A stretch of 37,723 bases of DNA, taken from NCBI GenBank assembly GCA_944386705.1, contig CALXCC010000003.1, positions 1 through 37,723 of the forward strand, given 5' to 3'. This stretch comes from an uncultured Clostridia bacterium. Lineage in GTDB: Bacteria; Bacillota; Clostridia; TANB77; CAG-508. The position numbers were made by a program, and so were the translations under genes. The notes under the pieces were generated by a model. The model worked only from the letters and a program-made list of their open reading frames with translations, had not been told where the DNA came from and made no database searches. Shown piece by piece: positions 28,985-37,098 of this stretch; position 1 is the first letter of the stretch; each line of letters begins with the position of its first letter.

Positions 28985-30283
28985 CTATATTACTCTTCTT
29001 GCTCCTACATAGTTTTTATTGTAATATCCAGAATTTATCGTATCTATTGTTACTCCTCTTGTTTTGTTTGCTGCATGAACTATTTGTCCTCCACCAATGT
29101 AAATTCCAACGTGATTTATTCCAGATGCTGATGGTCCAAACATAATTAAATCTCCTGGTTGTAAATTGCTTCTTGATACTGCTGTTCCATTTTTATATTG
29201 TCCTTTTGCTGTTCTACTTAATGTAACTCCGTGTAATTTAAATACATATGATGTAAATCCTGAACAGTCAAAACTGCTTGGTCCTGATGCTCCATAAACA
29301 TATGGATATCCAATATACTTTTTAGCTGTTTCTACTACTGTTGACCCTTTACCAGATACTGGTGCAGTAGGAGTATTTGTTTCTTCTTTTTTAGTTTCTG
29401 TTTCTTTTTTTCTTGGTGTTGTAGCACCTCTTGAAGTTGTCTCTACTTCTTTTTTCTTGTTTGATAATAATGAAGTTGAAACATAGCCTTCTTTATCATT
29501 TGCTTTTACTTTACTCCATCCATTTTCTTCGCTATATACATCTACTTTTGTATTAAGTGATAATTTTGCAACTACTTCTGATGTTGTATTTGCTTCTTTT
29601 CTTAAATTTACTGTTGTTTCACTAACATATGCTGTTTTTATTACAGTTTCTGCTACTGGCTTATTTTCTTCAGGATTAGTTTTTGTTGGTTCTTCTGTTT
29701 TTTCTTCTACTGATTTTAATTTATCTCCTCTTATCCAGCCTTTTGTTGTTCCTACTTGAATACATACCCAATCATTCATAGTTTCAATTATTGTCACTTG
29801 TTCGTCTTGTTTTACTTCTATAATATCTGTTGCATTTATAGATGGTACAATTTTCAATTTTGTATTTTCTGTTACTTTTTTTACATTTTCTTTGTTTTCT
29901 TCTGTGTCAGTTGTATTGGCATCTTGATTTTGGTTAGTAGTTTGCTCACCTTCAGTATTTGTTGTTTCTGTAGTTGTTGTTTCTGTATTATTATCTTCTG
30001 TTACTTCTCCATTTACTGTAAGTAAATCTTGTCTTAAGAAACCTGTAATGTTTCTTGCTTCTACTTTATACCAATCTCCTGTTTTTTCTAAAATTTCTAC
30101 TTCTTCATTTAAAGAAAGTTGTTCTAATATTTTACTATTAGAATCTGCTGACTCTCTTAAATTAGCTGTTTCTACATTTACCTTTGCTGTATTTGCAGCT
30201 AAACTAATATTTATAAAAAACAATATTGCTATTCCTAAAGTTGCTACCACTAGTATGTTTTTTATATAATTTTTCTTTTTCAT
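28985..30283 (-). CDS. Secreted NlpC/P60 peptidoglycan endopeptidase with three SH3b domains
   Basis: Signal peptide, three SH3b-like repeats, YIGYPYVYGASGPSSFDCSGF, HVGIYIGGGQIVHA. ATG 30283 is well spaced from AAGGAG. Confidence 0.9.
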   Translation of the reverse strand: MKKKNYIKNILVVATLGIAILFFINISLAANTAKVNVETANLRESADSNSKILEQLSLNEEVEILEKTGDWYKVEARNITGFLRQDLLTVNGEVTEDNNTETTTTETTNTEGEQTTNQNQDANTTDTEENKENVKKVTENTKLKIVPSINATDIIEVKQDEQVTIIETMNDWVCIQVGTTKGWIRGDKLKSVEEKTEEPTKTNPEENKPVAETVIKTAYVSETTVNLRKEANTTSEVVAKLSLNTKVDVYSEENGWSKVKANDKEGYVSTSLLSNKKKEVETTSRGATTPRKKETETKKEETNTPTAPVSGKGSTVVETAKKYIGYPYVYGASGPSSFDCSGFTSYVFKLHGVTLSRTAKGQYKNGTAVSRSNLQPGDLIMFGPSASGINHVGIYIGGGQIVHAANKTRGVTIDTINSGYYNKNYVGARRVI

Positions 30284-30390
30284 TTCCATATACTCCTTAA
30301 ATAAATATATTACATCCTTTTTGCCAGTGGCATTAGTATATACTTTTTCAAAAAATTTGTCAAGTTTTTGCAAAAAATTGCCTGAATGTA

Positions 30391-30419
30391 TTGACAAATA
30401 CGCTTTTTTATAATATACT
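30391..30419 (+). promoter_or_regulatory. Sigma-A promoter of rplM-rpsI
   Basis: TTGACA-17 nt-TATACT. Confidence 0.75.
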
Positions 30420-30440
30420 ATTTTAGCAATTATTTGATAA

Positions 30441-30491
30441 TATGATTTAAATATAAAACTTCTCCCCGGTGGTTTTAAATTTAAATTTCAT
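30441..30491 (+). ncRNA. Putative L13 ribosomal protein leader
   Basis: AT-rich hairpin enclosing a conspicuous CCCCGG in the rplM 5' UTR, as recalled for Firmicute L13 leaders. Confidence 0.5.
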
Positions 30492-30531
30492 ATAAAAAAA
30501 TACAAATAAAAATAGGAGGGTATATATTACC

Positions 30532-30969
30532 ATGAATAATACAACATATAGTGCAAAAAAAGGTGAAGTTGAAAGCAAATGGTATATTATAGACGCTGCA
30601 AACAAACCTTTAGGTAGAGTAGCAACAGAAGCTGCTAAATTATTAAGAGGAAAACACAAACCAACATTTACACCAAATATTGATATGGGTGACCACGTTA
30701 TAATATTAAATTGTAAAGATGTAATTTTAACAGGAAACAAATTAAATCAAAAAATTTACAGACATCATTCAGGTTATATTGGAGGAATGAAAGAAGTTTC
30801 TGCCAAAGTAATGCTTGAAAAAAATCCAGAAAAAGCTATGACTTTAGCTATTAAAGGTATGTTACCTCACAATTCTTTAGGTAGAAAAATGGCTAAAAAG
30901 CTAAGAGTATATGCTGGAGCAGAACACGAAAATCAAGCTCAAAAACCAGAAGTATGGGAGGTAAAATAA
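30532..30969 (+). CDS. rplM: 50S ribosomal protein L13
   Basis: WYIIDA...LGRVA...[17 protein letters not shown]...HHSGYIGG. Confidence 0.98.
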   Translation: MNNTTYSAKKGEVESKWYIIDAANKPLGRVATEAAKLLRGKHKPTFTPNIDMGDHVIILNCKDVILTGNKLNQKIYRHHSGYIGGMKEVSAKVMLEKNPEKAMTLAIKGMLPHNSLGRKMAKKLRVYAGAEHENQAQKPEVWEVK

Positions 30970-30970
30970 T

Positions 30971-31372
30971 ATGGCTAAGAAAGAAAATATTGTTTTTTAC
31001 GGTACAGGTAGAAGAAAAAATGCAGTAGCAAGAGTTAGACTTGTAGAAGGAACAGGAAAAATAACAATTAACGGTAAAGATATTGATGAATTCTTTGGAT
31101 TAGAAACATTAAAAGTTATTGTTAGACAACCACTAACTGTTACAAACACAACAGCTAAATATGATGTTATTTCAACAGTTAAAGGTGGAGGATTTACAGG
31201 TCAAGCCGGAGCAATTAGACATGGAATTGCAAGAGCATTAAATGAAGCAAATAGCGAATACAGACCAGCTCTTAAATCAAACGGATTCTTAACAAGAGAT
31301 CCTCGTATGAAAGAAAGAAAAAAATACGGTCTTAAAAAAGCTAGAAAAGCTCCACAATTCTCAAAAAGATAG
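30971..31372 (+). CDS. rpsI: 30S ribosomal protein S9
   Basis: [45 protein letters not shown]. Confidence 0.98.
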   Translation: MAKKENIVFYGTGRRKNAVARVRLVEGTGKITINGKDIDEFFGLETLKVIVRQPLTVTNTTAKYDVISTVKGGGFTGQAGAIRHGIARALNEANSEYRPALKSNGFLTRDPRMKERKKYGLKKARKAPQFSKR

Positions 31373-31379
31373 AATTTTA

Positions 31380-31428
31380 CAAAAATACAAACCTCGAAAG
31401 TTTGAAACTTTTGAGGCTTTTTGTTTTT
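31380..31428 (+). terminator. Probable terminator after rpsI
   Basis: Imperfect hairpin CAAACCTCGAAAGTTT...AAACTTTTGAGGCTTTTG followed by a T run. Confidence 0.55.
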
Positions 31429-31494
31429 TATAAATCTAATTTTTTGTAACACAAAAACACACTTCTAATATAATAATATTAGAGGTGTGTTTTT

Positions 31495-31659
31495 ATGAGT
31501 CCTTTAGAACTAACAACTTTTATTAATACAACAGCTAATGCAATTGCTTGTAATTCAAGTGATGATGAATTAAATTTATTATCAGTCATTTTTTCACAGT
31601 TAGGTGATACTCTAGCTACAATTGTTGTACAACGTAGTATTTGTGATAATTCAAAATAA
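31495..31659 (+). CDS. Small protein, 54 aa, DUF6774-like (not in the ORF track)
   Basis: GAGGTG RBS. MSPLELTTFINTTANAIACNSSDDELNLLSVIFSQLGDTLATIVVQRSICDNSK*. Confidence 0.75.
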   Translation: MSPLELTTFINTTANAIACNSSDDELNLLSVIFSQLGDTLATIVVQRSICDNSK

Positions 31660-32381
31660 TTATTGTATCATTTCTAAAGCATCATTTGAACCATTTAATC
31701 CTTCTAAATTATAATAAGTTTCTGGTATTTGCCCTACTATTACATTTTCTACTAATAAAACCTGATTTATAATCTCTTTTTCTAAATTTTTAAATGGAGT
31801 TAATATACTTACTTTACATTTTACTTCTAAATAAATTCTATGAAGTGTTTGATTGATTCCTTGTGAGACGAATTCACTTCTTAAATCTGTTTCTACATTT
31901 CCGAACAGAGGAAATTCTTATTTTAACTCCTGGTCCTAATCCAGCTAAGAGTTTAATACCTGTAAAACTTCCGAATAGCTATTTCTATATCTTCCCTTCC
32001 CCTTTTGTCTATTTCTTCTTGAATTTTAATTGCTATATCAGAAATGATTTCATTTATTGCTATAATATTTGATTTTATCATTGTTATATTATTATTTGAA
32101 TCTTTTTCAATAGTAAACATTTCGTCATAAGAATGCTCTTTCATTACATTTGTTGCTTCTTCATTTGATATTATTGTTGCAATAGATTTTGCCTTTTCTT
32201 CACATATTGTATCAAAAATAGGATATACTGCATCAAGGCTTATTACTACCACACTCATTGCAATTAATAATACTAATATGATTTTTATAGTTTTTTTAAA
32301 CTTTGGATTCCTAAATTTCTTGCCTTCATTTATAATTGTCTTTGGAATACATATTCGTGGTCTAGAATAAATTTTATACAT
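31660..32381 (-). CDS. yunB: Sporulation protein YunB; needs two +1 shifts at CGG (31971-31973 and 31901-31903)
   Basis: Skipping both Cs gives ...IEIAI-G-SFTGIKLLAGLGPGVKIRISSV-G-NVETDLRSEFVSQGINQTLHRIYL...IVGQIPETYY...; 239 aa. Confidence 0.88.
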
Positions 32382-33924
32382 TGTTCGTCATTGGGACTTT
32401 TGTATAATGAGGTATAAATAATTTTTGTCCAGGATTTATTACATTTTCATCTTCTATTCCATTTGTTCTTGCAATATCTTCTACTGTACTACCAAAACGT
32501 TTAGCTATTTTCCACAAAGTATCATCTTTTCTTACAATATACATTAGAATGCTATAATCTTCTTCTTCTCTTTCTCCATTTGATTGAATTTGATCAATAA
32601 TATTTAAATTTATGTTTTTATCTGAACTCATATTCATTCCTAAATCAATATTTGCCGTTATCATTCCTCCATCTTGAACAATAAAGTCATGATTTAAAAC
32701 TTCCATCCTCATATTAGTATTTCTATTTTCTGCTTCTTCTATTCCTTCTATTTCATAGTCAAATGGAATCTTTGCTGTTCTAGTATCTACTTCCAATTCA
32801 CCGTTTTGTAATAGCATTTTTAGCTCTATTTCTCCTTCATACACTATTTTATTATTTAGTTTATGTTCTTTTTCTATTTTTGGTATTACATCTACATCCA
32901 TAATACTTCTATTTTCCATTCCCTCTACTACTATCTTTTCTCTTATTTGCTTAGTCTCTTGTCTCGTTGTTTTTTCTGTAATTGCTGTAATCCTTTTCTT
33001 GTTAAATTCTAGTTTTTCAATAGGGCTGTATAAATCTTGGATTAAATTAATTCCTTTTTCTTCGTAAACAACTGCTGTTACTCCTATTTCTATTTCAACA
33101 TAAATTGAATGTTCTTCTACTGAATTTGGTTTTAATACTATGTTACTTATTTCATAATCTACGTCACAAATATTTTCTTCTGTTACATTCTGAATGTCTA
33201 TAAATCCTACTATCGGAATTTTTGCTATTACTGCATTTATTCTGTTATCTTCAGTTAAATACATAATTTTAACTTCTGCTTCTGCTTTTGTTAATATTTT
33301 ATTATAGCTTATTTTTACATCTCTACCACATATACATAGATTTGTTTTTAATATTTCTGCTAGATTATCTGTGTTATTTATATTTATTGTATCTTTTGCA
33401 TATATTTTTGTATTCCCCATACCTACTAATGAATTTACCTTTAAATCTTCTTTTAGCATTTGAATATTTTCTGTTTTTTGAATATCAGTTATAATTTCTA
33501 CATCATCTTTTTCATAAACTTTTATTTCCACTTCTATTGCTGCTTTTATACTTATTTTTCTTCCATTAATTACTCTTGCTTCTATTGATTTCAATTCAGT
33601 TTGAATTTTACAATTCATTCCTTCTTTGCAATTATTAACCGATATACTTTCTGAAAAATCTAAACTAGTACAAATTCCTCTTATTTTGTCTTGACTATCT
33701 TCTGCAATGTACATTATATAAGTATCAATATTCCCATCTATTCTAACTTTATTTTCTAAAATCTCTTTTTTATAGATACATACAACCCCACTTGTACAAA
33801 TTGTATTCAAAATATCTGGTTTAGAATCTGGAACTATCATATCTCCTTCCACTAATATTACTTCTCTTTTTGTTGTAACTAATTTATTTACACTTAAATT
33901 TTCCTTTACTGTTTCTACCACCAT
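32374..33924 (-). CDS. SPOCS (DUF3794) repeat plus LysM spore coat assembly protein (SipL-like)
   Basis: DMIVPDSKPDI N-terminus; C-terminal LysM YIVRKDDTLWKIAKRFGSTVEDIARTNGI. Confidence 0.85.
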   Translation of the reverse strand: MVVETVKENLSVNKLVTTKREVILVEGDMIVPDSKPDILNTICTSGVVCIYKKEILENKVRIDGNIDTYIMYIAEDSQDKIRGICTSLDFSESISVNNCKEGMNCKIQTELKSIEARVINGRKISIKAAIEVEIKVYEKDDVEIITDIQKTENIQMLKEDLKVNSLVGMGNTKIYAKDTININNTDNLAEILKTNLCICGRDVKISYNKILTKAEAEVKIMYLTEDNRINAVIAKIPIVGFIDIQNVTEENICDVDYEISNIVLKPNSVEEHSIYVEIEIGVTAVVYEEKGINLIQDLYSPIEKLEFNKKRITAITEKTTRQETKQIREKIVVEGMENRSIMDVDVIPKIEKEHKLNNKIVYEGEIELKMLLQNGELEVDTRTAKIPFDYEIEGIEEAENRNTNMRMEVLNHDFIVQDGGMITANIDLGMNMSSDKNINLNIIDQIQSNGEREEEDYSILMYIVRKDDTLWKIAKRFGSTVEDIARTNGIEDENVINPGQKLFIPHYTKVPMTNNV

Positions 33925-34026
33925 TTATTTAACCTCCTTTATTTTTCTTTATAAATATATATTGTGTATTTTGTTTTTTATGAATAAAAAAGTCAAAAAA
34001 AAAAGCAGATTTTATTCTGCTTTTAA

Positions 34027-34323
34027 TTATAATGATGCTCTTCTTGATTTTGTTGGTGGAGCTGGTGGTATTAATGGTGAATATGAATTTCCATCAAATA
34101 CTTCAACTTCGACAGTTCTTGTTAAAACATCTGTGTAACTATATGTTACATTTCTATTATTTTCCTCATATTTTACAACAAAAATATTAGGATGTACTTC
34201 TTCTATTGTGGCTTCTTTTTCAAAGGCTCTACTTCTTCCTAAAGATCCTTTTACTATTATCTTTTGTCCAACTTTCTCTAAGATGTCAGTTTTTAGATTT
34301 GCTATATCTGATTTACAAATCAT
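34027..34323 (-). CDS. veg: Veg family protein
   Basis: VGQKIIVKGSLGR...HPNIFVV...VTYSYTDVLT; yabG-veg synteny. Start ATG 34323 after AAGGTGA. Confidence 0.88.
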   Translation of the reverse strand: MICKSDIANLKTDILEKVGQKIIVKGSLGRSRAFEKEATIEEVHPNIFVVKYEENNRNVTYSYTDVLTRTVEVEVFDGNSYSPLIPPAPPTKSRRASL

Positions 34324-34485
34324 TCTATCACCTTCTCCCATAAGATAGCTAAATTATAGCACTTACGGTAATTATTGTCAAAATTTGAAAGTTTTTGTAT
34401 GTTGCTTGTAATGCGCTATTATCAGGTATTTGGTGAATTTTTCTTGCTATTTTTACAACTTTATTACAATTGTGTTACATTGTTG

Positions 34486-35049
34486 TTACAAATTTTTAAT
34501 CATCTTTCCATTTGCTCCGATTCCTCCTATACCTTCTTTTCCATCTCTTAATTGATATGCAATATCGTCAATTGTAATATACTTATATTTTTCTGTTGTA
34601 GCAATTTTTTCTGCAATAACCAATGGATCTAAAAAATCAATTAGGATTCTTGCCGGAGAAGAAGCAAAATTTGCACCTGCTGAAATAATTCCTTCAAAAT
34701 AACTTTGACATGCTCCTGCAAATATAGCTAAATTCTTATTTTTATCTTTATCATATCTTCTTGCTTCTCTAACAGTTTCTATAAAATATTTTGAATTTTT
34801 ATAATTGTAAATATCATAATAATTCATTCCTTTTTTTATCATACTATCATGTCCGGTGACAACTAAAATATCTGGATTGTATACTTCTAATAGACGATAT
34901 ACTACTTGGGGTTGTCTATATTCTGGTATGTTTTTTACAATTGCATTTAATCCTAGTTTTTGATAATGATTATACGCCTTCTTACTATATTTTTTGTCAC
35001 CGTCTAAATGCAGTATTTTTCCAAAAATAATTTTTGGAATTTTCTCCAT
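34486..35049 (-). CDS. yabG: Sporulation peptidase YabG (short form)
   Basis: GKILHLDGD, PDILVVTGHD, IFAGACQS, GANFASSPARILI. Confidence 0.88.
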   Translation of the reverse strand: MEKIPKIIFGKILHLDGDKKYSKKAYNHYQKLGLNAIVKNIPEYRQPQVVYRLLEVYNPDILVVTGHDSMIKKGMNYYDIYNYKNSKYFIETVREARRYDKDKNKNLAIFAGACQSYFEGIISAGANFASSPARILIDFLDPLVIAEKIATTEKYKYITIDDIAYQLRDGKEGIGGIGANGKMIKNL

Positions 35050-35143
35050 AGTATTTCACCTCGCATTTTTCGCTCTATCTTATTCTATGACGAAATATGT
35101 CGAAGTGTGATACAAAAAAAGAGAATCTGATCTTCCAAATTCT

Positions 35144-35401
35144 CTACTTATGTAAATGGCTATATTTCATTTTTGTTGCCATTCCTCCTCTTATGTGCCT
35201 TTCAGCTTTATTTTCATCTAATACCAGCCTTACTTCTCTTGCTAAAACTGGGTTTATTTTCTTTAATCTTTCGGAAACATCTTTGTGTACTGTACTTTTG
35301 CTTATCCCAAATTTCTTAGCTGTTCCTCTCACTGTGTCTTTTGAATCTATAATATAATGTGCCAAACTTATTGCACGTTCTTCTATTGATACATTTTTCA
35401 T
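35144..35401 (-). CDS. spoIIID: Sporulation transcriptional regulator SpoIIID
   Basis: IEERA...TVR.TAKKFGISKSTVHKDVSERL...NKAERHIRGGMATK.KY. Confidence 0.95.
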   Translation of the reverse strand: MKNVSIEERAISLAHYIIDSKDTVRGTAKKFGISKSTVHKDVSERLKKINPVLAREVRLVLDENKAERHIRGGMATKMKYSHLHK

Positions 35402-35529
35402 TGCTCTAACTCCTTTATGGAAATACTTTTGTTTAATTGTATTCTCATATTTTTTGAGTTAGAACTTTATTAATTTTATTTAATTATATTTTTATAGAAT
35501 GTAATAATACATAATTTCATAAAGTCCCA

Positions 35530-36183
35530 TTAATTTATTTCTCTTTTATTATTATAAATCATATCTAAATATTCGTCTGGATATGCTTTATCTAAAAATA
35601 CATCTATTTGATTTTTAGGTTCTAGATTTTTATGTCTTTCTTGCTGTCTGGCAACTGCCATACAAGATATTGCAATATCAAAAGTCATAAATATCATAAA
35701 AAATAATGTAAATATTCTAACACTTTTTTTATAGATTAATGGTTCTATTTTTTCAAGCCACGGATATATAATTTTCAAAAATGCAATCGCGATAATTCCC
35801 CAATATACGCAGTAAAGCAAACTTGTTCTTCCATTAAGATTAAAAAACATCTGGCTATAATCCCAAGAAATTGTTCCGAAAAATATTTCTTGGAAGAAAG
35901 AACAAAGGTACTCTACTATTCCTCCCATTATCATACCTGCAAAAAATGCTTCTCTAGGTTCTTTTATTTTGGTTATTAGAAGATAATATGCAACTGCTCC
36001 CATTCCATAAACTTGTACAAATGGACCATATATCAAACCTTGTCTAATAACAAGTGCTCTTGTATATACTGTTGCATAAATCATTTCTGCTAAAAAACCA
36101 AAAATGCTTCCTATTATAAATATCCAAAATATTTTTATTATAAAATTAATTATTTTTATTGATTTTTTCTCTTTTTTTTCTAT
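35530..36183 (-). CDS. Putative ABC transporter permease-like membrane protein (DUF1113/CmpB-like); start uncertain (ATA 36183 or ATG 36084)
   Basis: FWIFIIGSIFGFLAE, GLIYGPF..VYG.G, EYLCS...WDYS...NLNGR...WG. Confidence 0.7.
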   Translation of the reverse strand: MEKKEKKSIKIINFIIKIFWIFIIGSIFGFLAEMIYATVYTRALVIRQGLIYGPFVQVYGMGAVAYYLLITKIKEPREAFFAGMIMGGIVEYLCSFFQEIFFGTISWDYSQMFFNLNGRTSLLYCVYWGIIAIAFLKIIYPWLEKIEPLIYKKSVRIFTLFFMIFMTFDIAISCMAVARQQERHKNLEPKNQIDVFLDKAYPDEYLDMIYNNKREIN

Positions 36184-36276
36184 ATCTTTTCCTTATATAT
36201 TCTAATTTTTTATATTATATCTTAATTAATAAAAAAATAAAAGTATTTAAGCAATCTTGATATTTTATTAATATTA

Positions 36277-36955
36277 TTATTTTATTATATCTTTAATCAC
36301 TTCTCCTGCTAAAATTAATCCCGCAACTGAAGGTACAAATGAAATACTTCCTGGTATTTTTGTACGAATTTGTGGTTCTTCTTTAGAATACACTACTTTT
36401 AATTTTTTTATTCCTCGTGCTCTCATTTCTTTTCTAATTACTTTTGCTAAAGGACAAACCGAAGTCTTATAAATATCTGTAACTTCAAATTTTGCTGGAT
36501 CTAATTTATTTCCTGCTCCCATTGCAGAAATTATTGGAACTTTTTCCTCTTTTGCTTTTACAATTAATTTAATTTTATTAGCTACTGTATCTATTGCATC
36601 TATTACATATGAAAAACTATTATTAATTAAATTTTCCTCATCTTCATCTTTTTTTGGCATATATGTTTCTACTGTTATCTCTGGATTTATTTCTAAGATT
36701 CTTTCTTTCATAACTTTTACTTTACTTTGTCCAATATTTTTAATGTTGCTATGTATTTGTCTATTTATGTTTGTCCTTGAAATCACATCGTTGTCTACTA
36801 ATACTAAATTTCCGAACTCCAGCTCTTGCTAAAGCTTCAACTGCAAATGATCCAACTCCACCAATTCCATAAATTATAATTTTTGATTTTTGTAGTTTTT
36901 CTATAGCTTCTTGTCCAATTAAAATTTCAGTTCTTTGCATCCAGTTTTCTTCCAT
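36277..36955 (-). CDS. tcdA: tRNA threonylcarbamoyladenosine dehydratase (ThiF family); needs one +1 shift at CGG 36812-36814
   Basis: GIGGVGSFAVEALARAGV, then (C skipped) GNLVLVDNDVISRTNINRQ...DAID...SAMGAGNKLDP...CPLAK...GSISFVP; 225 aa. Confidence 0.88.
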
Positions 36956-37098
36956 TTTTTATCCTTCCTATTTTATTTTACTAATTTTATTATACTAAAA
37001 TTATAATAGCATTATTATTTAAACTATGCCAATTATAGCATACTTTCAAATTATATGCTATAATATCTTTAACTTATTTGTAAATTAAGGAGGATTTT

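Noticed and set aside
413-35357. Many short antisense or overlapping ORFs in the track (e.g. 3145-3681, 4691-5173, 11856-12554, 24463-24870)
   Set aside because: They are shadows of well-supported genes on the opposite strand, are F/L/S/I-rich, and have no RBS or recognisable motif.
15883-36814. CGG reassigned to another amino acid (Gln or Trp), as in some Firmicutes
   Set aside because: A triplet reassignment would not restore the frame; homology continues only in the +1 frame.
15883-36814. Homopolymer sequencing error or classical slippery-site or stop-dependent frameshifting
   Set aside because: Five of seven inserted Cs have no neighbouring C, upstream codons vary, and the 0-frame stop is several codons away. 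A motif-dependent artefact is not fully excluded without reads.
15321-36955. Calling truA, htrA, comEC, yunB and tcdA ordinary pseudogenes
   Set aside because: All seven lesions are the same event (an extra C making an in-frame CGG before Gly), with no nonsense mutations or other indels. Random decay in an AT-rich genome would mostly hit A/T runs.
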